The notes: generated by a model from the sequence alone, not told the origin. A stretch of DNA of 34,270 nucleotides from a virus (IMGVR_UViG_3300037461_000334:1-34270); one strand, 5' to 3'. Positions 1 through 9,940 are shown, numbered from the stretch's first letter. A program made the numbers and translations.

Positions 1-134
1 CCACCGTAACTGTCAACTAATTCTAATCCGCTCCTTTGTGTTGTGAAAAAATTCGCCCTACTTGCCCAGTACTGGCTCCACGACTGCGACTTGTTGCCTG
101 CTATCGGGAGGCCGCCGATGAAATTCCATCCCAT
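1..134 (-). CDS. hypothetical protein, 5' part only (MGWNFIGGLPIAGNKSQSWSQYWASR...), probably tail-associated
   Basis: Manually translated; ATG at 134, 8 nt after the upstream stop; frame open to the window edge; not in ORF track. Confidence 0.6.
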   Translation of the reverse strand, partial: MGWNFIGGLPIAGNKSQSWSQYWASRANFFTTQRSGLELVDSYG

Positions 135-142
135 ATCTTAAT

Positions 143-799
143 TTATTTAAATTCACAAACTATATTACCATACACGGGATCCAAAGCACCATCACCGCCC
201 GAACTTAACAGCGCAATAAAAACATCACCCTTCGCCTCCGCAACCAAATTTATCCACTCGCTTGCAATACATCTGTTAGTAATATTAACAGCACAACTAA
301 CCTCAGAAACTCCAATATCACTAAAACCAGCCGCCGTAGTGCTGAAAGTAGCACTATACCTCAATAGCAATTTATTATTACTCGCCCCCGCAGTACCCGC
401 CTTCATAACAATTAACCGTACCTGACTGAACCCCGTCAGGTCAACTCTATGCTGTGACTGATAAGGCAAATTCTTAAAGAACTGCAAAGCCACAGGGCTA
501 TTAGTATCTGTCACCGCAGCCCCGTCAGCAAAGAGCGTGACCCTGTATCTTATTGCACCCGCACCCGCATAACCATCATGTGCATGATCCGGTGCAGCCT
601 TTAAATTCCAGTTGTCAATATCAACATCGGTAACAAACCTATTCAGCCCGTTCTGCTCAATAATAGAAGCCGGATGAGTCTCCGGATGTGTATAACCCGT
701 CACCGGATTAGCCACCAGGTATGAGGCAACGCTTGAACCGATAGCCTCCTGGCTTGGCTGCCCTACACGCTTTAAGTAGCTGATTAAGTTGTGATTCAT
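143..799 (-). CDS. putative tail fibre / tail-associated protein
   Basis: Position after tail-tip gene; YTHPETHPASIIEQ..NRFVTD and HAHDGY motifs resemble phage tail-fibre shaft motifs; beta-rich C-terminus. Confidence 0.55.
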   Translation of the reverse strand: MNHNLISYLKRVGQPSQEAIGSSVASYLVANPVTGYTHPETHPASIIEQNGLNRFVTDVDIDNWNLKAAPDHAHDGYAGAGAIRYRVTLFADGAAVTDTNSPVALQFFKNLPYQSQHRVDLTGFSQVRLIVMKAGTAGASNNKLLLRYSATFSTTAAGFSDIGVSEVSCAVNITNRCIASEWINLVAEAKGDVFIALLSSGGDGALDPVYGNIVCEFK

Positions 800-3744
800 A
801 TTATTTCACATAAATCTAAATTCCAATCTCTTGGCTTAACATTAAACTCCCCGGCAATCGGCACTAATATACGGTTATTTCCTCCGTAAGTATTTAGTGA
901 GTCCTGTACGTTTCCCAATAGGTTTAGAGTCGTTTCATCTCCTTGCGAGTTGTCCTCTTTAATCATTACCTGGTTAAAGTCCTTGCATCTGCTGTATTGG
1001 TCTTTGATCTCATCACCTATTAAATCAATAAGCTCAGTTGCTTCACTTCCGCCCCTGCTGTTCCATACTGTTGAATATGATACGGCCTCTGTTATTGCGA
1101 CTTCTTCCGTTACCCCGTCACAAAGTATATTTGCTGCGCCCGTTAGTCCGGTTAGTGTTATGGTATCTATCCTTACCGTGCAAGCCACGTATGCCTGAAT
1201 ATCATCAACGTCACCGGTCATATCGCCCGTTGCGGGATCCACTGTTACAGCGAAATCAGAGAAGCCCTCAAATTTAACTGCGTAACTTCCGCCCCCCGCA
1301 TCATGCTTGGTTATGGTTATCCCTGCTGCGCTATATGCCCCTGTATTATCAGTAATAAAATTATCACACGTGGTACTTGAATCAGTATCCCATGTCATTG
1401 TCTTGTCAACCACGCCCGTGCAATGCACCGTTATAGTCCCGTTAGTGCCGCCCGGATACAGATATTGGATCTTATTTGTGCCTGCTATAAACGCTTGTGT
1501 GTTTACCACCGTACCCGATAGGTTGCCTGATGAATTTGTTATAGTGGTGCTCCCGGTGAAATCAGCGTTTACCGTTGACTTGCCCGTCATCACTATGTCC
1601 TCATCTGAACTGGTGACGGTTATATCTGTGTAATCAGCGGCATGGTCTGTGACAAAGGCTGCTGCTGCTTCCGCTAATGTGTCCCTTTCAACAACGGCAA
1701 GAGCACCGGTGAACTGCTCAAGAACCCCGGCAATAGACGTGTCCTCAATATCACCCAAATGGAATTTAAAATCTTTCTCCCTGCCGTTAAGACTGTTTAA
1801 TTTAGTGTATTCCCTAAAGACCACTTCCTGGGCTTCCTCTCCGAGATACTTTTTGAATTTAGCGATCCTCTCATCCCAATGCACGTGCTCAAACCACTTT
1901 TTACCATGAAAGCCTGAAGTCCAGTATTCAAAGAACCCGATCTTTTTGGCCCTCATTACTGTCAGGTTCGTAGTGGTTTCATTAAATTTAATGTTATCCA
2001 ATGCGATCACAACATCAGATGAATCGGGCGTGTACCCTTCATAAAGGGTTATGGTATAAGGGCCATCGGCAGGCAAGCCGTCAAGTATTCTTGTCTCCCA
2101 TGTGGTCCACCCGGAAACACCAGCCGGAATGTCTATATCAACATCAATAAAATCAGCCGAACTGTTCCATTTGCTTTCAAGCTCATCATAATTATAAAGG
2201 TAGTTATTTGAGTTGTCGGCCTTTATCCTTATTCTTATCATCCCTGTTGTGACCGCCCCTGTGTTGTAAGTCAGATAGTCAAATGTAAGAGTGAAATCAT
2301 TTGAGGTTGTTTTCCCGTAAGTGCCAAATTGCTGAAATACATATGCATCAACATTGCCGATTATCTGCTCGCAACCAAGTATTATACCTCTGGTTATTGA
2401 TGGTATAGAAAAGGTTACCAGTGGGGGGCTTGATGGAGCCCAATAAATAGAACCTGCTTCATAGATGGCTTTTAGCTGATAGTTTTTAATCCAACTCTCC
2501 TTATATGAATAATCCTGAAATATATTTATTTTCTTAACCGGTGATTTTGGCATAGAGCTTCCACCCCGCACCTGGATCAGATTACTTGCCGTACCGGTAC
2601 GATCAATATACTGATCAGCGGAAATACTTACCGAGGTTTTAGTTATACTATCAGTAAAGTATCTCCCATAAACCGTTGAAGATGCGAGTTCAACAGGCCG
2701 GTAAATAGTGAACACCCCGCCCCATTGCCTGATCGAAGCCCCGTATTTATTTAATATGTAAGTAAGTGCCTCATCACAATACATATCCCTAAATACATCA
2801 ACATCTATTTTTATCTGGTCAAGAGGACTATCCCCTGTTCCTGTTTGCATTGAGTTCTCATACAGGTTTACAAACTCCTTAAATTCAGTTGCATCAATCT
2901 TTCCGAGTATGTCAAGCACTATCTGTGACTCAAGCCTCCGACCTGTATAGTAAGTGTCATCAGTTGTCGAGTTCGTGTACTTATAAATATAATCACCAAG
3001 AAGATCAAGCCCGTCAGTGCATTTTATATTTATATTATAAGGCGGTGTGTCGTATGGCTCTTCGTAGTTATCAGCGATAACCCAGCCCGTCCAGTACAGT
3101 TTTGATTTCTTAACGCAGAATATCTCTGTTATCTCATAATCAACGGAGGCCGTTGACCAGAAGATCAGCCGTGAGGTACCCGTCCATGATGCTGTAAGCT
3201 CTGCAAAATTCCAGCCTTCAGATATCACATCAACCTTGCTTTCAATAGTCCATGCCTCATTTGTCAAAGACAAAGTCGGGAGTGACCCGGAGTTCTTAAC
3301 ACACTTGAAATAAATATAAACCTTATCCCCGCTCGTAAGCGAAAATAAATTTGAGTTTACTCCGCCATTACCCGATGAGTTAACCGCATCAAAATCAAGA
3401 GTGCTTATTGTTAATGTCTCATACGGATCGCCTGTCGTATTATTCGCCCATGCAGTTATTAAGTTTGCACCCTGAAATATATTGACCTTGTAATCAAAAT
3501 CAGTTGAAGCCAGAAGCCCCTTATACTGGAAGTTGCTTTCAGAAATAACGCCGATATTCGCATGGCTGGGATGAAAAGCCTCATTGAAATCATCTGAGTC
3601 AGATAGAAACTCAATCATTAACGGATCCTCAGATGGTTTCATTTCAGTAACCGCCCCGGTATGCCCGTCTTTCAGGAAGTCAATTCTCCAATCAACGTTA
3701 TACTTGTCTTTAAATTGGTTTCTATATGCTATCCCGTCAGCCAT
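796..3744 (-). CDS. large tail-tip/baseplate hub protein (982 aa)
   Basis: Immediately follows tape measure gene; T/S/D/G-rich beta-type sequence; overlapping stop/start with neighbours. Confidence 0.6.
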   Translation of the reverse strand: MADGIAYRNQFKDKYNVDWRIDFLKDGHTGAVTEMKPSEDPLMIEFLSDSDDFNEAFHPSHANIGVISESNFQYKGLLASTDFDYKVNIFQGANLITAWANNTTGDPYETLTISTLDFDAVNSSGNGGVNSNLFSLTSGDKVYIYFKCVKNSGSLPTLSLTNEAWTIESKVDVISEGWNFAELTASWTGTSRLIFWSTASVDYEITEIFCVKKSKLYWTGWVIADNYEEPYDTPPYNINIKCTDGLDLLGDYIYKYTNSTTDDTYYTGRRLESQIVLDILGKIDATEFKEFVNLYENSMQTGTGDSPLDQIKIDVDVFRDMYCDEALTYILNKYGASIRQWGGVFTIYRPVELASSTVYGRYFTDSITKTSVSISADQYIDRTGTASNLIQVRGGSSMPKSPVKKINIFQDYSYKESWIKNYQLKAIYEAGSIYWAPSSPPLVTFSIPSITRGIILGCEQIIGNVDAYVFQQFGTYGKTTSNDFTLTFDYLTYNTGAVTTGMIRIRIKADNSNNYLYNYDELESKWNSSADFIDVDIDIPAGVSGWTTWETRILDGLPADGPYTITLYEGYTPDSSDVVIALDNIKFNETTTNLTVMRAKKIGFFEYWTSGFHGKKWFEHVHWDERIAKFKKYLGEEAQEVVFREYTKLNSLNGREKDFKFHLGDIEDTSIAGVLEQFTGALAVVERDTLAEAAAAFVTDHAADYTDITVTSSDEDIVMTGKSTVNADFTGSTTITNSSGNLSGTVVNTQAFIAGTNKIQYLYPGGTNGTITVHCTGVVDKTMTWDTDSSTTCDNFITDNTGAYSAAGITITKHDAGGGSYAVKFEGFSDFAVTVDPATGDMTGDVDDIQAYVACTVRIDTITLTGLTGAANILCDGVTEEVAITEAVSYSTVWNSRGGSEATELIDLIGDEIKDQYSRCKDFNQVMIKEDNSQGDETTLNLLGNVQDSLNTYGGNNRILVPIAGEFNVKPRDWNLDLCEII

Positions 3745-4963
3745 TCCGCCTGTTGCTTATTCTTATATCTTTCCCTCTTATTTGTCCCTGAACTGTTAAT
3801 GCCTGATTTGCCAGTATCCCCTGTAATCCCATATTGCCATATCCACTACTTACCGGCGATCCCGTTCCTCCCGTCAGTGCTGAAAGGTTTGGAAATAGAT
3901 TTGCCATTGTCATTAATGGCTGACCGGTAACAACAGAAAGCAACATCAATATGCCGGCTTTCGCTGCCACCTCCATAACCATCCTCTTGAACCCGGCTAT
4001 CATCATATCAGCCATTGACTGGAACCCTTCTCCTGCTGTTGCAAACATATTACTGAATGAATCAGCAAGGCTTAGGATGATTTGTTCCTGTTCCGCCCAT
4101 AATATATTCTGCTGAATGATCTGATTAGCCTGAATATCAGCAAACTTAACCGGGGCAAGTTCAGGATTGACATTAAAACCTAATCCCCTCGCTGGAGTTA
4201 CCCTTTCCCTTCCCTGTAATGTCTCTAATTTATAACCAGACTCAAGATATTGAAGGGATTGCCTGTATTTCTGAAACTCCTCATCGGCTTGTCTTGCCGC
4301 CTCTGCATCCCTTTCAAATGCCTCTGCAAGGCCGTAAAGTTTTGGAGTTACCTGAGTGGCAAGGGCGTTAAGTGTCCGGGCCTCACGGTCAAACCCCATT
4401 AAAGTCTGTAATTGTGTAGCCGTTACAATAAACCCTTTCCTTAATTCCTTATCATCGGGATTTTTCTCAAGTGCAGTAATATACCAGTTAGCCTCCTCCT
4501 TTAAATTGGCTATTTGAAATTGTTTGCGTTCATTATATATTTTAAGTGCTTCAGATGCGAGCTTTGTTTTTTCAGCTTCGGTTGTGGCAGCATCAGCCAT
4601 TTTATAACGCAGCTCTTCTATCTGAGTTGTTAATTGAGCTACCTTAACGCCCTCAAATAGATTCTTTTCCTGTATATCATTCCATTCCTTTTGTCTCTGA
4701 ATAGCCTGATAAATAGAATTAGCATTTAATAAGTGTCCCTGCGTAAGGTCGGCAAGTACCTGTTTATAAGCAGCTCCGGCAAGGCTTAATAATTTCTGCC
4801 CCTGCTCCATATTACGGAAGGCATCATTGACAAGTTTCATTGCACCACCGGCAGCGGCAAGCGTACTACTTAAGCCAATAAAGCCTTTATTAGCTTTCTC
4901 TAATCCCTGAAGAAAGCCATTTATATTAAGTGCGAGTTCCGCTTCAAATCTTTGCTTTGCCAT
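3737..4963 (-). CDS. tail tape measure protein (short, 408 aa)
   Basis: Follows tail chaperone pair; A/Q/E/K-rich helical/coiled-coil sequence with hydrophobic G/A-rich segment near the C-terminus. Confidence 0.75.
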   Translation of the reverse strand: MAKQRFEAELALNINGFLQGLEKANKGFIGLSSTLAAAGGAMKLVNDAFRNMEQGQKLLSLAGAAYKQVLADLTQGHLLNANSIYQAIQRQKEWNDIQEKNLFEGVKVAQLTTQIEELRYKMADAATTEAEKTKLASEALKIYNERKQFQIANLKEEANWYITALEKNPDDKELRKGFIVTATQLQTLMGFDREARTLNALATQVTPKLYGLAEAFERDAEAARQADEEFQKYRQSLQYLESGYKLETLQGRERVTPARGLGFNVNPELAPVKFADIQANQIIQQNILWAEQEQIILSLADSFSNMFATAGEGFQSMADMMIAGFKRMVMEVAAKAGILMLLSVVTGQPLMTMANLFPNLSALTGGTGSPVSSGYGNMGLQGILANQALTVQGQIRGKDIRISNRRNG

Positions 4964-5327
4964 ACCTTTTTAAAATTCGCTCTTTCTCTTCCTCAGTCGG
5001 AATCATCCGGCCAAATAACTCAAGAGTCTTTTCGTAATCATCACGTGACATTCGCTGAACAACCCTTTCCTGATCAGTAACAAGCGGGTAAATGCTTTCA
5101 AAACTTATCGGAGAGGATCCCTGCTTGCGGTTGACGTTTGCCAATATCCCAGCTACTATCCTGTCAACCTCTTTCCTGCGTGCCTCCCTTCTCTCATAAC
5201 CCTTACAGGCTATCTCTACCTCCGGGAAGGTCATTGACCAGAACTCCCAGGGCTTTAATCCAACCTCCCCGCAAGCGTAAGAAAGAACATCATGCCAGGT
5301 TATCTTCCTGGCTTCTACCGGTTTCCC
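4944..5327 (-). CDS. tail assembly chaperone, frameshifted C-terminal (gpT-like) part
   Basis: -1 frame open from the GGGAAAC slippery site (5321-5327): KPVEARKITWHDVLSYACGEVGLKPWEFWSMTFPE..., continuous with ORF 4944..5234. Confidence 0.75.
   Translation of the reverse strand, partial: GKPVEARKITWHDVLSYACGEVGLKPWEFWSMTFPEVEIACKGYERREARRKEVDRIVAGILANVNRKQGSSPISFESIYPLVTDQERVVQRMSRDDYEKTLELFGRMIPTEEEKERILKRYGKAKI
5294..5327 (-). promoter_or_regulatory. programmed -1 ribosomal frameshift signal (G GGA AAC plus downstream hairpin)
   Basis: Minus strand GAG GGA AAC CGG TAG, then GCCAGG-AAGATAA-CCTGGC stem-loop 8 nt after the heptamer; canonical position between tail tube and tape measure genes. 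Confidence 0.8.
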
Positions 5328-5704
5328 TCTGGTTCTCCTATCGTCTTACCCATTATCCGGCCTTCCAATGCACCGACATTAAGCAGATCAAAAGCACCTT
5401 CCGTATTGTCTATAAAGTGAATTATCTGATCAATATTATGCTTGACCGGCTCTCCTTTGATCCTGCAGGCTGACTGGTAAGCACAGAAGAAAAGCTCATA
5501 ACGCTTAAAGACGTTAGGGGCCTTATCAATGATTATCTCATCCCCTTCTTTATGCACCTCTCCGTAAATCCCGGTTTCTGGGACCTGCCAGAGTTCAATA
5601 TTGCCGTTCAGCTCGCAAAACAGTTTCAGCGCATTAGTCCCGAACTGGAAACCAATTACCTCCTGATCATTTTTTAATTCAACAAATCCCCTTGCATTAT
5701 TCAT
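5315..5704 (-). CDS. tail assembly chaperone (gpG-like)
   Basis: Between tail tube and tape measure genes; ends at a slippery heptamer. Confidence 0.75.
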   Translation of the reverse strand: MNNARGFVELKNDQEVIGFQFGTNALKLFCELNGNIELWQVPETGIYGEVHKEGDEIIIDKAPNVFKRYELFFCAYQSACRIKGEPVKHNIDQIIHFIDNTEGAFDLLNVGALEGRIMGKTIGEPEGNR

Positions 5705-5716
5705 GGTTGCTCTTTT

Positions 5717-6130
5717 TTACGATGATGCTACTGTTCCCTTGTCGATTGGCCCGTCAGCCTCAAAGCCTCCGTTAATAGATACGGCCTCGTTCTTTTTAGC
5801 TGATAAGGAAAGGTTTTTCCCAAGTGCATAACCTGAGAACTTCAGCCCGCCTCCGGTCCCGTCAATAACCGCCATTTCGAGGAATACCCTTGTTTCCGCA
5901 TCCAGAATATCAAAGATTTCCTCCACGTTAAAGGTTAACGAGGGGTCACAAAGGTTACTAAAGGAGACATCCCAGTCTTTCTCTCCATAAAGCCGGTAAG
6001 CCCAGTTACCTGAGTCCTTACTTGAATACTTGATATTTGATGCGTTAATATTCAGGGTAAAATCCTCACTTGCCCCCATAGTAACACCGTCAACAACAAG
6101 TAACATTTTTGTTCCGTTAAATACTGCCAT
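5717..6130 (-). CDS. major tail tube protein (TP901-1-like)
   Basis: NGT start, SSKDSGNW...G.KDWDVS motif, synteny. Confidence 0.85.
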   Translation of the reverse strand: MAVFNGTKMLLVVDGVTMGASEDFTLNINASNIKYSSKDSGNWAYRLYGEKDWDVSFSNLCDPSLTFNVEEIFDILDAETRVFLEMAVIDGTGGGLKFSGYALGKNLSLSAKKNEAVSINGGFEADGPIDKGTVASS

Positions 6131-6131
6131 T

Positions 6132-6605
6132 TTATACTTCCTCCAAGATTAATTTAATTATAATTGATTTCATTAATTCCACTCCTTTATCGGTTTCGTA
6201 CCGCTGTGATGACATTGAAAGAATCGTACAGATCACCGTATTAAATCCTGATATGCCAGCAACCGCCTGTCCTCCACTCCCGGTGAATGATGATACCTCC
6301 GGCTGCTTAACTGATCCTCTGATCTGTGTCAGTATATCTTCAACAATAGAATCCAGTTGTGCATAACCCTTCCGGTTGCCTGCATCATCAGCATATACCT
6401 CAATTATCGCCTGGTGCTCTGTTATCCATTTGTCTTTAGTAGATAACTCTTCGCCCATAAAATAATTTTCACCAAGCAGGATATATGGCTTCGCCTTGTT
6501 TGCTGTGGCAAATGAATACACGGGTATCCATGAGCCGTTATAGCTTATTGCCCCGTGAAGTATATTATATAACCATTGCCTTATATTGCCCGATGCGTCT
6601 TTCAT
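6132..6605 (-). CDS. tail terminator / tail completion protein (DUF3168-like)
   Basis: PVYS...PYILLGE motif; synteny before tail tube. Confidence 0.7.
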   Translation of the reverse strand: MKDASGNIRQWLYNILHGAISYNGSWIPVYSFATANKAKPYILLGENYFMGEELSTKDKWITEHQAIIEVYADDAGNRKGYAQLDSIVEDILTQIRGSVKQPEVSSFTGSGGQAVAGISGFNTVICTILSMSSQRYETDKGVELMKSIIIKLILEEV

Positions 6606-7090
6606 AAGCTCTGCCTTCTACCTATTTGTGCTATTGTTGGTTCATTACCCCTTTTCTCTTCAAATCCCATATTTTTTAACTGTGCCTTCAACTCATAAAC
6701 AGTAAGTCTGAAATTATCCATTAAATAAGGATGACGTTTCATCCCCTTATGTTTCTTATGTGTCCACCATTCAGAGGCATATTCCCTGTCTGCTGGATGT
6801 ATTACCGCACTATCACCCGTACCCCATTCAACGTAAGGCGCATAAAAAACGTGTGTGTAAACAGCTCCACCGAATATATTACCAAATGTTTCCCGCCCAT
6901 ATTCACTTGCTATTTTTGCCCTTAAAATTCCATCATCACTCGGAGCGTCATTTTTCGCCCTTCTTTCAAGAGTTGTTATAGATGCTTTAATAATATTTGA
7001 GCACTTATCCCGGTTCTCCTGAGATAACTTACCCACCCACTTAGAAAAGGCGTTCTTATCAATATTAGTATGTAAAAAAGCCTGTGCCAT
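6602..7090 (-). CDS. HK97 gp10-like neck/tail component
   Basis: AK..AP.DDG.LR, YAPYVEWGT and GM..HPYL motifs. Confidence 0.8.
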   Translation of the reverse strand: MAQAFLHTNIDKNAFSKWVGKLSQENRDKCSNIIKASITTLERRAKNDAPSDDGILRAKIASEYGRETFGNIFGGAVYTHVFYAPYVEWGTGDSAVIHPADREYASEWWTHKKHKGMKRHPYLMDNFRLTVYELKAQLKNMGFEEKRGNEPTIAQIGRRQSL

Positions 7091-7416
7091 TAATTATATG
7101 CCGTAACCGTTAAATCATCCATTTTTTCACTCGGAACAACTGAATGAATAGTATAATAATTACCATCCCATAATATCCGGTGACTTGCCCCGCTCAAAGT
7201 ATAATCACTCCTCTTCCGGATAGTAAATTCAACAGCCGTCTTATACTTTATCCCTCCCTGCTCCAATGCTCTTGACTGCGATAATGTCATAGCCCTGCCC
7301 CATTCATAATAGGTACTTACCCATGTGGTTACTGATCCGCCCTGCCCGTCCTCCGTCTCAGTACCAACCTGGATAGTTAAATAGTGCCTCCGTTTTCCTG
7401 CCTGCGTTAAAACCAT
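7090..7416 (-). CDS. head closure / head-tail joining protein (SPP1 gp16-like)
   Basis: AGKRRHYLTIQ, DGQGG...TW, FTIR and RILWDG.YY.I motifs. Confidence 0.85.
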   Translation of the reverse strand: MVLTQAGKRRHYLTIQVGTETEDGQGGSVTTWVSTYYEWGRAMTLSQSRALEQGGIKYKTAVEFTIRKRSDYTLSGASHRILWDGNYYTIHSVVPSEKMDDLTVTAYN

Positions 7417-7994
7417 ACTTTCCTCCTGTAAGGTCCGGCCTCACGCCGGGAGTTGTTTGTTAATTCTGTACTGCCAGATATTCCGATATTTTCCCTCAGA
7501 TCATACTGAGTGACAATCTCTTTCAGAATACACTCCTTTAATTTAGTCGGGAGCGTCTCAGTGTTATCATCCCCATAACCCGCTGTGTATTCAACCCGGT
7601 AGCTGTTTGATGCGTATGTGCCTTTGGTTGACCAGTATTTATTTATCTTCAGAACAAAATCCTGATCGCCATAAACCCAGTAATCTGTATTTACAGTAAG
7701 CTCCGTTTCCGTGCCTTCAGCATCAATCCGGTAAACCTTGTCAACAGAAATATGCGGGCCATATGGCAGTTCAAACTCCATATCTTCCGGGGGTTTGATC
7801 CATGTAGCATGGATAGTCTTTTCAGCAAAAGAAGAAGCGGTATACTCCTCCAGTGCCTGACGACACGAAGTGATAAGCATTGTTAATATATCCTCATCTT
7901 CAGTGCCCGTGACCTTACACCATGCCTTTGCTTCAGCAAGCGTTACCGGTTCGGTTGCTAAATCAGTTACTGTCCGTATCTGTAGGTTTTTCAT
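7407..7994 (-). CDS. head-tail connector protein (HK97 gp6-like)
   Basis: EPVTLAEAKAWCKV, ED..L..LI, LPYGP, VEYTAGYG motifs, Y..RE near C-terminus. Confidence 0.85.
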   Translation of the reverse strand: MKNLQIRTVTDLATEPVTLAEAKAWCKVTGTEDEDILTMLITSCRQALEEYTASSFAEKTIHATWIKPPEDMEFELPYGPHISVDKVYRIDAEGTETELTVNTDYWVYGDQDFVLKINKYWSTKGTYASNSYRVEYTAGYGDDNTETLPTKLKECILKEIVTQYDLRENIGISGSTELTNNSRREAGPYRRKVWF

Positions 7995-8305
7995 CTTAAT
8001 TTATTTGGTGGCCTTTCGCCGTCATAAATCTTAACCAGTCCACGATTAGCAAGTGATTTGAACCGCCTTGCCGGAAGGTCCTGAACATCCCCCTCATACA
8101 GGTCCTCAATCATCCCCTTATAGTCATGCAGTACAATAACCCGAACATGACCATCAGGAACCGGGACCTTAGTCAGGTAAATCTTCTTTTGAAAGACCGG
8201 TTGTCCTTCCTGTTTCTCTTTTATTGCCGAGCTTATCGTTTCGACAATAATCGGTTGCTTGATCTTCTTCTTGATCGTGTTCTCTGTTGTCATTGCCTTG
8301 CTCAT
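7991..8305 (-). CDS. hypothetical head-module protein
   Basis: ATGA-coupled on both sides; C-terminal GDVQDL...R...L..RGLV resembles small proteins often found after capsid genes. Confidence 0.6.
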   Translation of the reverse strand: MSKAMTTENTIKKKIKQPIIVETISSAIKEKQEGQPVFQKKIYLTKVPVPDGHVRVIVLHDYKGMIEDLYEGDVQDLPARRFKSLANRGLVKIYDGERPPNKLR

Positions 8306-9276
8306 AGTCTTTTCATTATTGCATCCATTAAAAACTGTTCCATGTCATTAAGCTCTTTGGTATGTGATTTACATACCTCTTCAGCCCTTTTAAGTGCCCT
8401 TGTACTTGCCTTCTTGTACTCTTCCGGGTCATCCAGCTTCTTTATCGCCTCAATCCATGACAGAGGACTTTCAACCCGACAATAAATACCAGCGTCACCC
8501 ATTGACTCCTGTAATCCGGGAGTCGGGTTTGCTATAACAGGAATACCGGAAGACATCGCCTCAATAGCGGTTCTGCCATAGCTTTCATAAATTGAAGGCA
8601 TTAACAGAATCCTTGTTTTGCTGTAAATCTTTTTAGCATCCGATGTATTGGCCATGTATTCAACATTTGCCAGCCCCTCATCTTTAAGTTGTTTCCCGTA
8701 CCCGCCTTCAACACCGAGAAAGCTGTAATCCGGGAGCAGCCGAGCAAGATCGTGGAATAATGGCGATCCCTTGCGCTCAAAAAGGTTAATAAGGGTTAAC
8801 TTATTCCCCTTCTTTGCAACCTTATACCGCTTCGGATCCACCGGCGGATGAACAACAACGGAAGGGTTAGGGTATGCAAGCTCTTTAGCTGTGAAATTTG
8901 AATTATAAATACAATAAACAAATCTACCCTGTCCCCTGGGTTTGTCCTTCACCCTGATAACGTCAAAATTATTTGTGTTATGGATAACCACCGTGACAGG
9001 TTTATGATAAGCCTGTGCCATGTTAATAGCCTTGCCGGAGCGGTCCAGATGCGTTATTATCATGTCGCAGTTCTTAACAGCATCATGTGTGTAGCTGAAA
9101 TCATCCAGGTTAACCTGAACGCCCTCAAACTCGTAAGGCTTCAGCCTGCTTATCGGAAGCACCACCTCCACTTTATGCCCGGATGATACAAGGTGCTTGC
9201 ACATCTCATGGAGCATCCATTCAGCCCCTGCGTTCTGAATTGGCGGATAACCATGAATCATTACTAAAAATTTCAT
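8302..9276 (-). CDS. glycosyltransferase family 4 (GT-B)
   Basis: YPP..NAGAE N-terminus; KG; LLMPS.YESYGRTAIEAMSSGIPVIA (EX7E signature). Confidence 0.9.
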   Translation of the reverse strand: MKFLVMIHGYPPIQNAGAEWMLHEMCKHLVSSGHKVEVVLPISRLKPYEFEGVQVNLDDFSYTHDAVKNCDMIITHLDRSGKAINMAQAYHKPVTVVIHNTNNFDVIRVKDKPRGQGRFVYCIYNSNFTAKELAYPNPSVVVHPPVDPKRYKVAKKGNKLTLINLFERKGSPLFHDLARLLPDYSFLGVEGGYGKQLKDEGLANVEYMANTSDAKKIYSKTRILLMPSIYESYGRTAIEAMSSGIPVIANPTPGLQESMGDAGIYCRVESPLSWIEAIKKLDDPEEYKKASTRALKRAEEVCKSHTKELNDMEQFLMDAIMKRL

Positions 9277-9899
9277 ATTCGTTTATAAAATTTGTTTTCA
9301 AAAATCTGATAGTCTGTGTAAGCGTTTATAAAGTCGCTGTAATCTTTCCTCTGATAGCTGATCATGGGATATGTCATAAAGAACTGCCTGTATGGGGCCT
9401 GCTGCCTGTACCAGTCATCTATTATCCATATCCGGTTGTAATCGTAGTTATGAAGTATGTACTTAATAAATCTTTTGCTCAATATTGTGGCGTGCATGAG
9501 CCATGCGCCCTGCACCTTTACCAGTGATTTACTTTCTTCCCCCTGGTAATTGGTAACCTTCTTAATGTCTCCCGTCAGGTTACAACCCAGGTAAAGCATA
9601 TCCCACTCAATTGGTAAATCTTTCCACGCTTTTTTAAGCACTTCCTCCCATCCGTCAACCAGTTCAAAATCATCTTCAAAGAACACCAAAGCCTCCCCGT
9701 TGCCTTTAACACGGAGCATCTGCAAAAAGTCTTTCATGTAGTGCCGGTGCTTGTCCGAGTAATCGCAGACGGTTGTATAATGCGTCACTGGGTTTATGTC
9801 ATACATCTTACATATCTCCAAACATCGCTCCCATCTGTCCTTTCGGGCTTCAAGCCCTATCACTACAACATCTCCTATTTCATTAAGAAAAGAACTCAT
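9273..9899 (-). CDS. glycosyltransferase family 25-like
   Basis: VIGLEARKDRW, LVFFEDD, LP.EWDMLYLG, H(A), IDDW motifs. Confidence 0.8.
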   Translation of the reverse strand: MSSFLNEIGDVVVIGLEARKDRWERCLEICKMYDINPVTHYTTVCDYSDKHRHYMKDFLQMLRVKGNGEALVFFEDDFELVDGWEEVLKKAWKDLPIEWDMLYLGCNLTGDIKKVTNYQGEESKSLVKVQGAWLMHATILSKRFIKYILHNYDYNRIWIIDDWYRQQAPYRQFFMTYPMISYQRKDYSDFINAYTDYQIFENKFYKRI

Positions 9900-9904
9900 A
9901 ATTT

Positions 9905-9940
9905 AAAAAGAAGGGAAGGGGTGACTCAGCACCCCATCCC
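9905..9940 (-). terminator. rho-independent terminator after major capsid gene
   Basis: Minus strand GGGATGGGGTG-CTGAGT-CACCCCTTCCC followed by TTCTTTTT. Confidence 0.8.
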
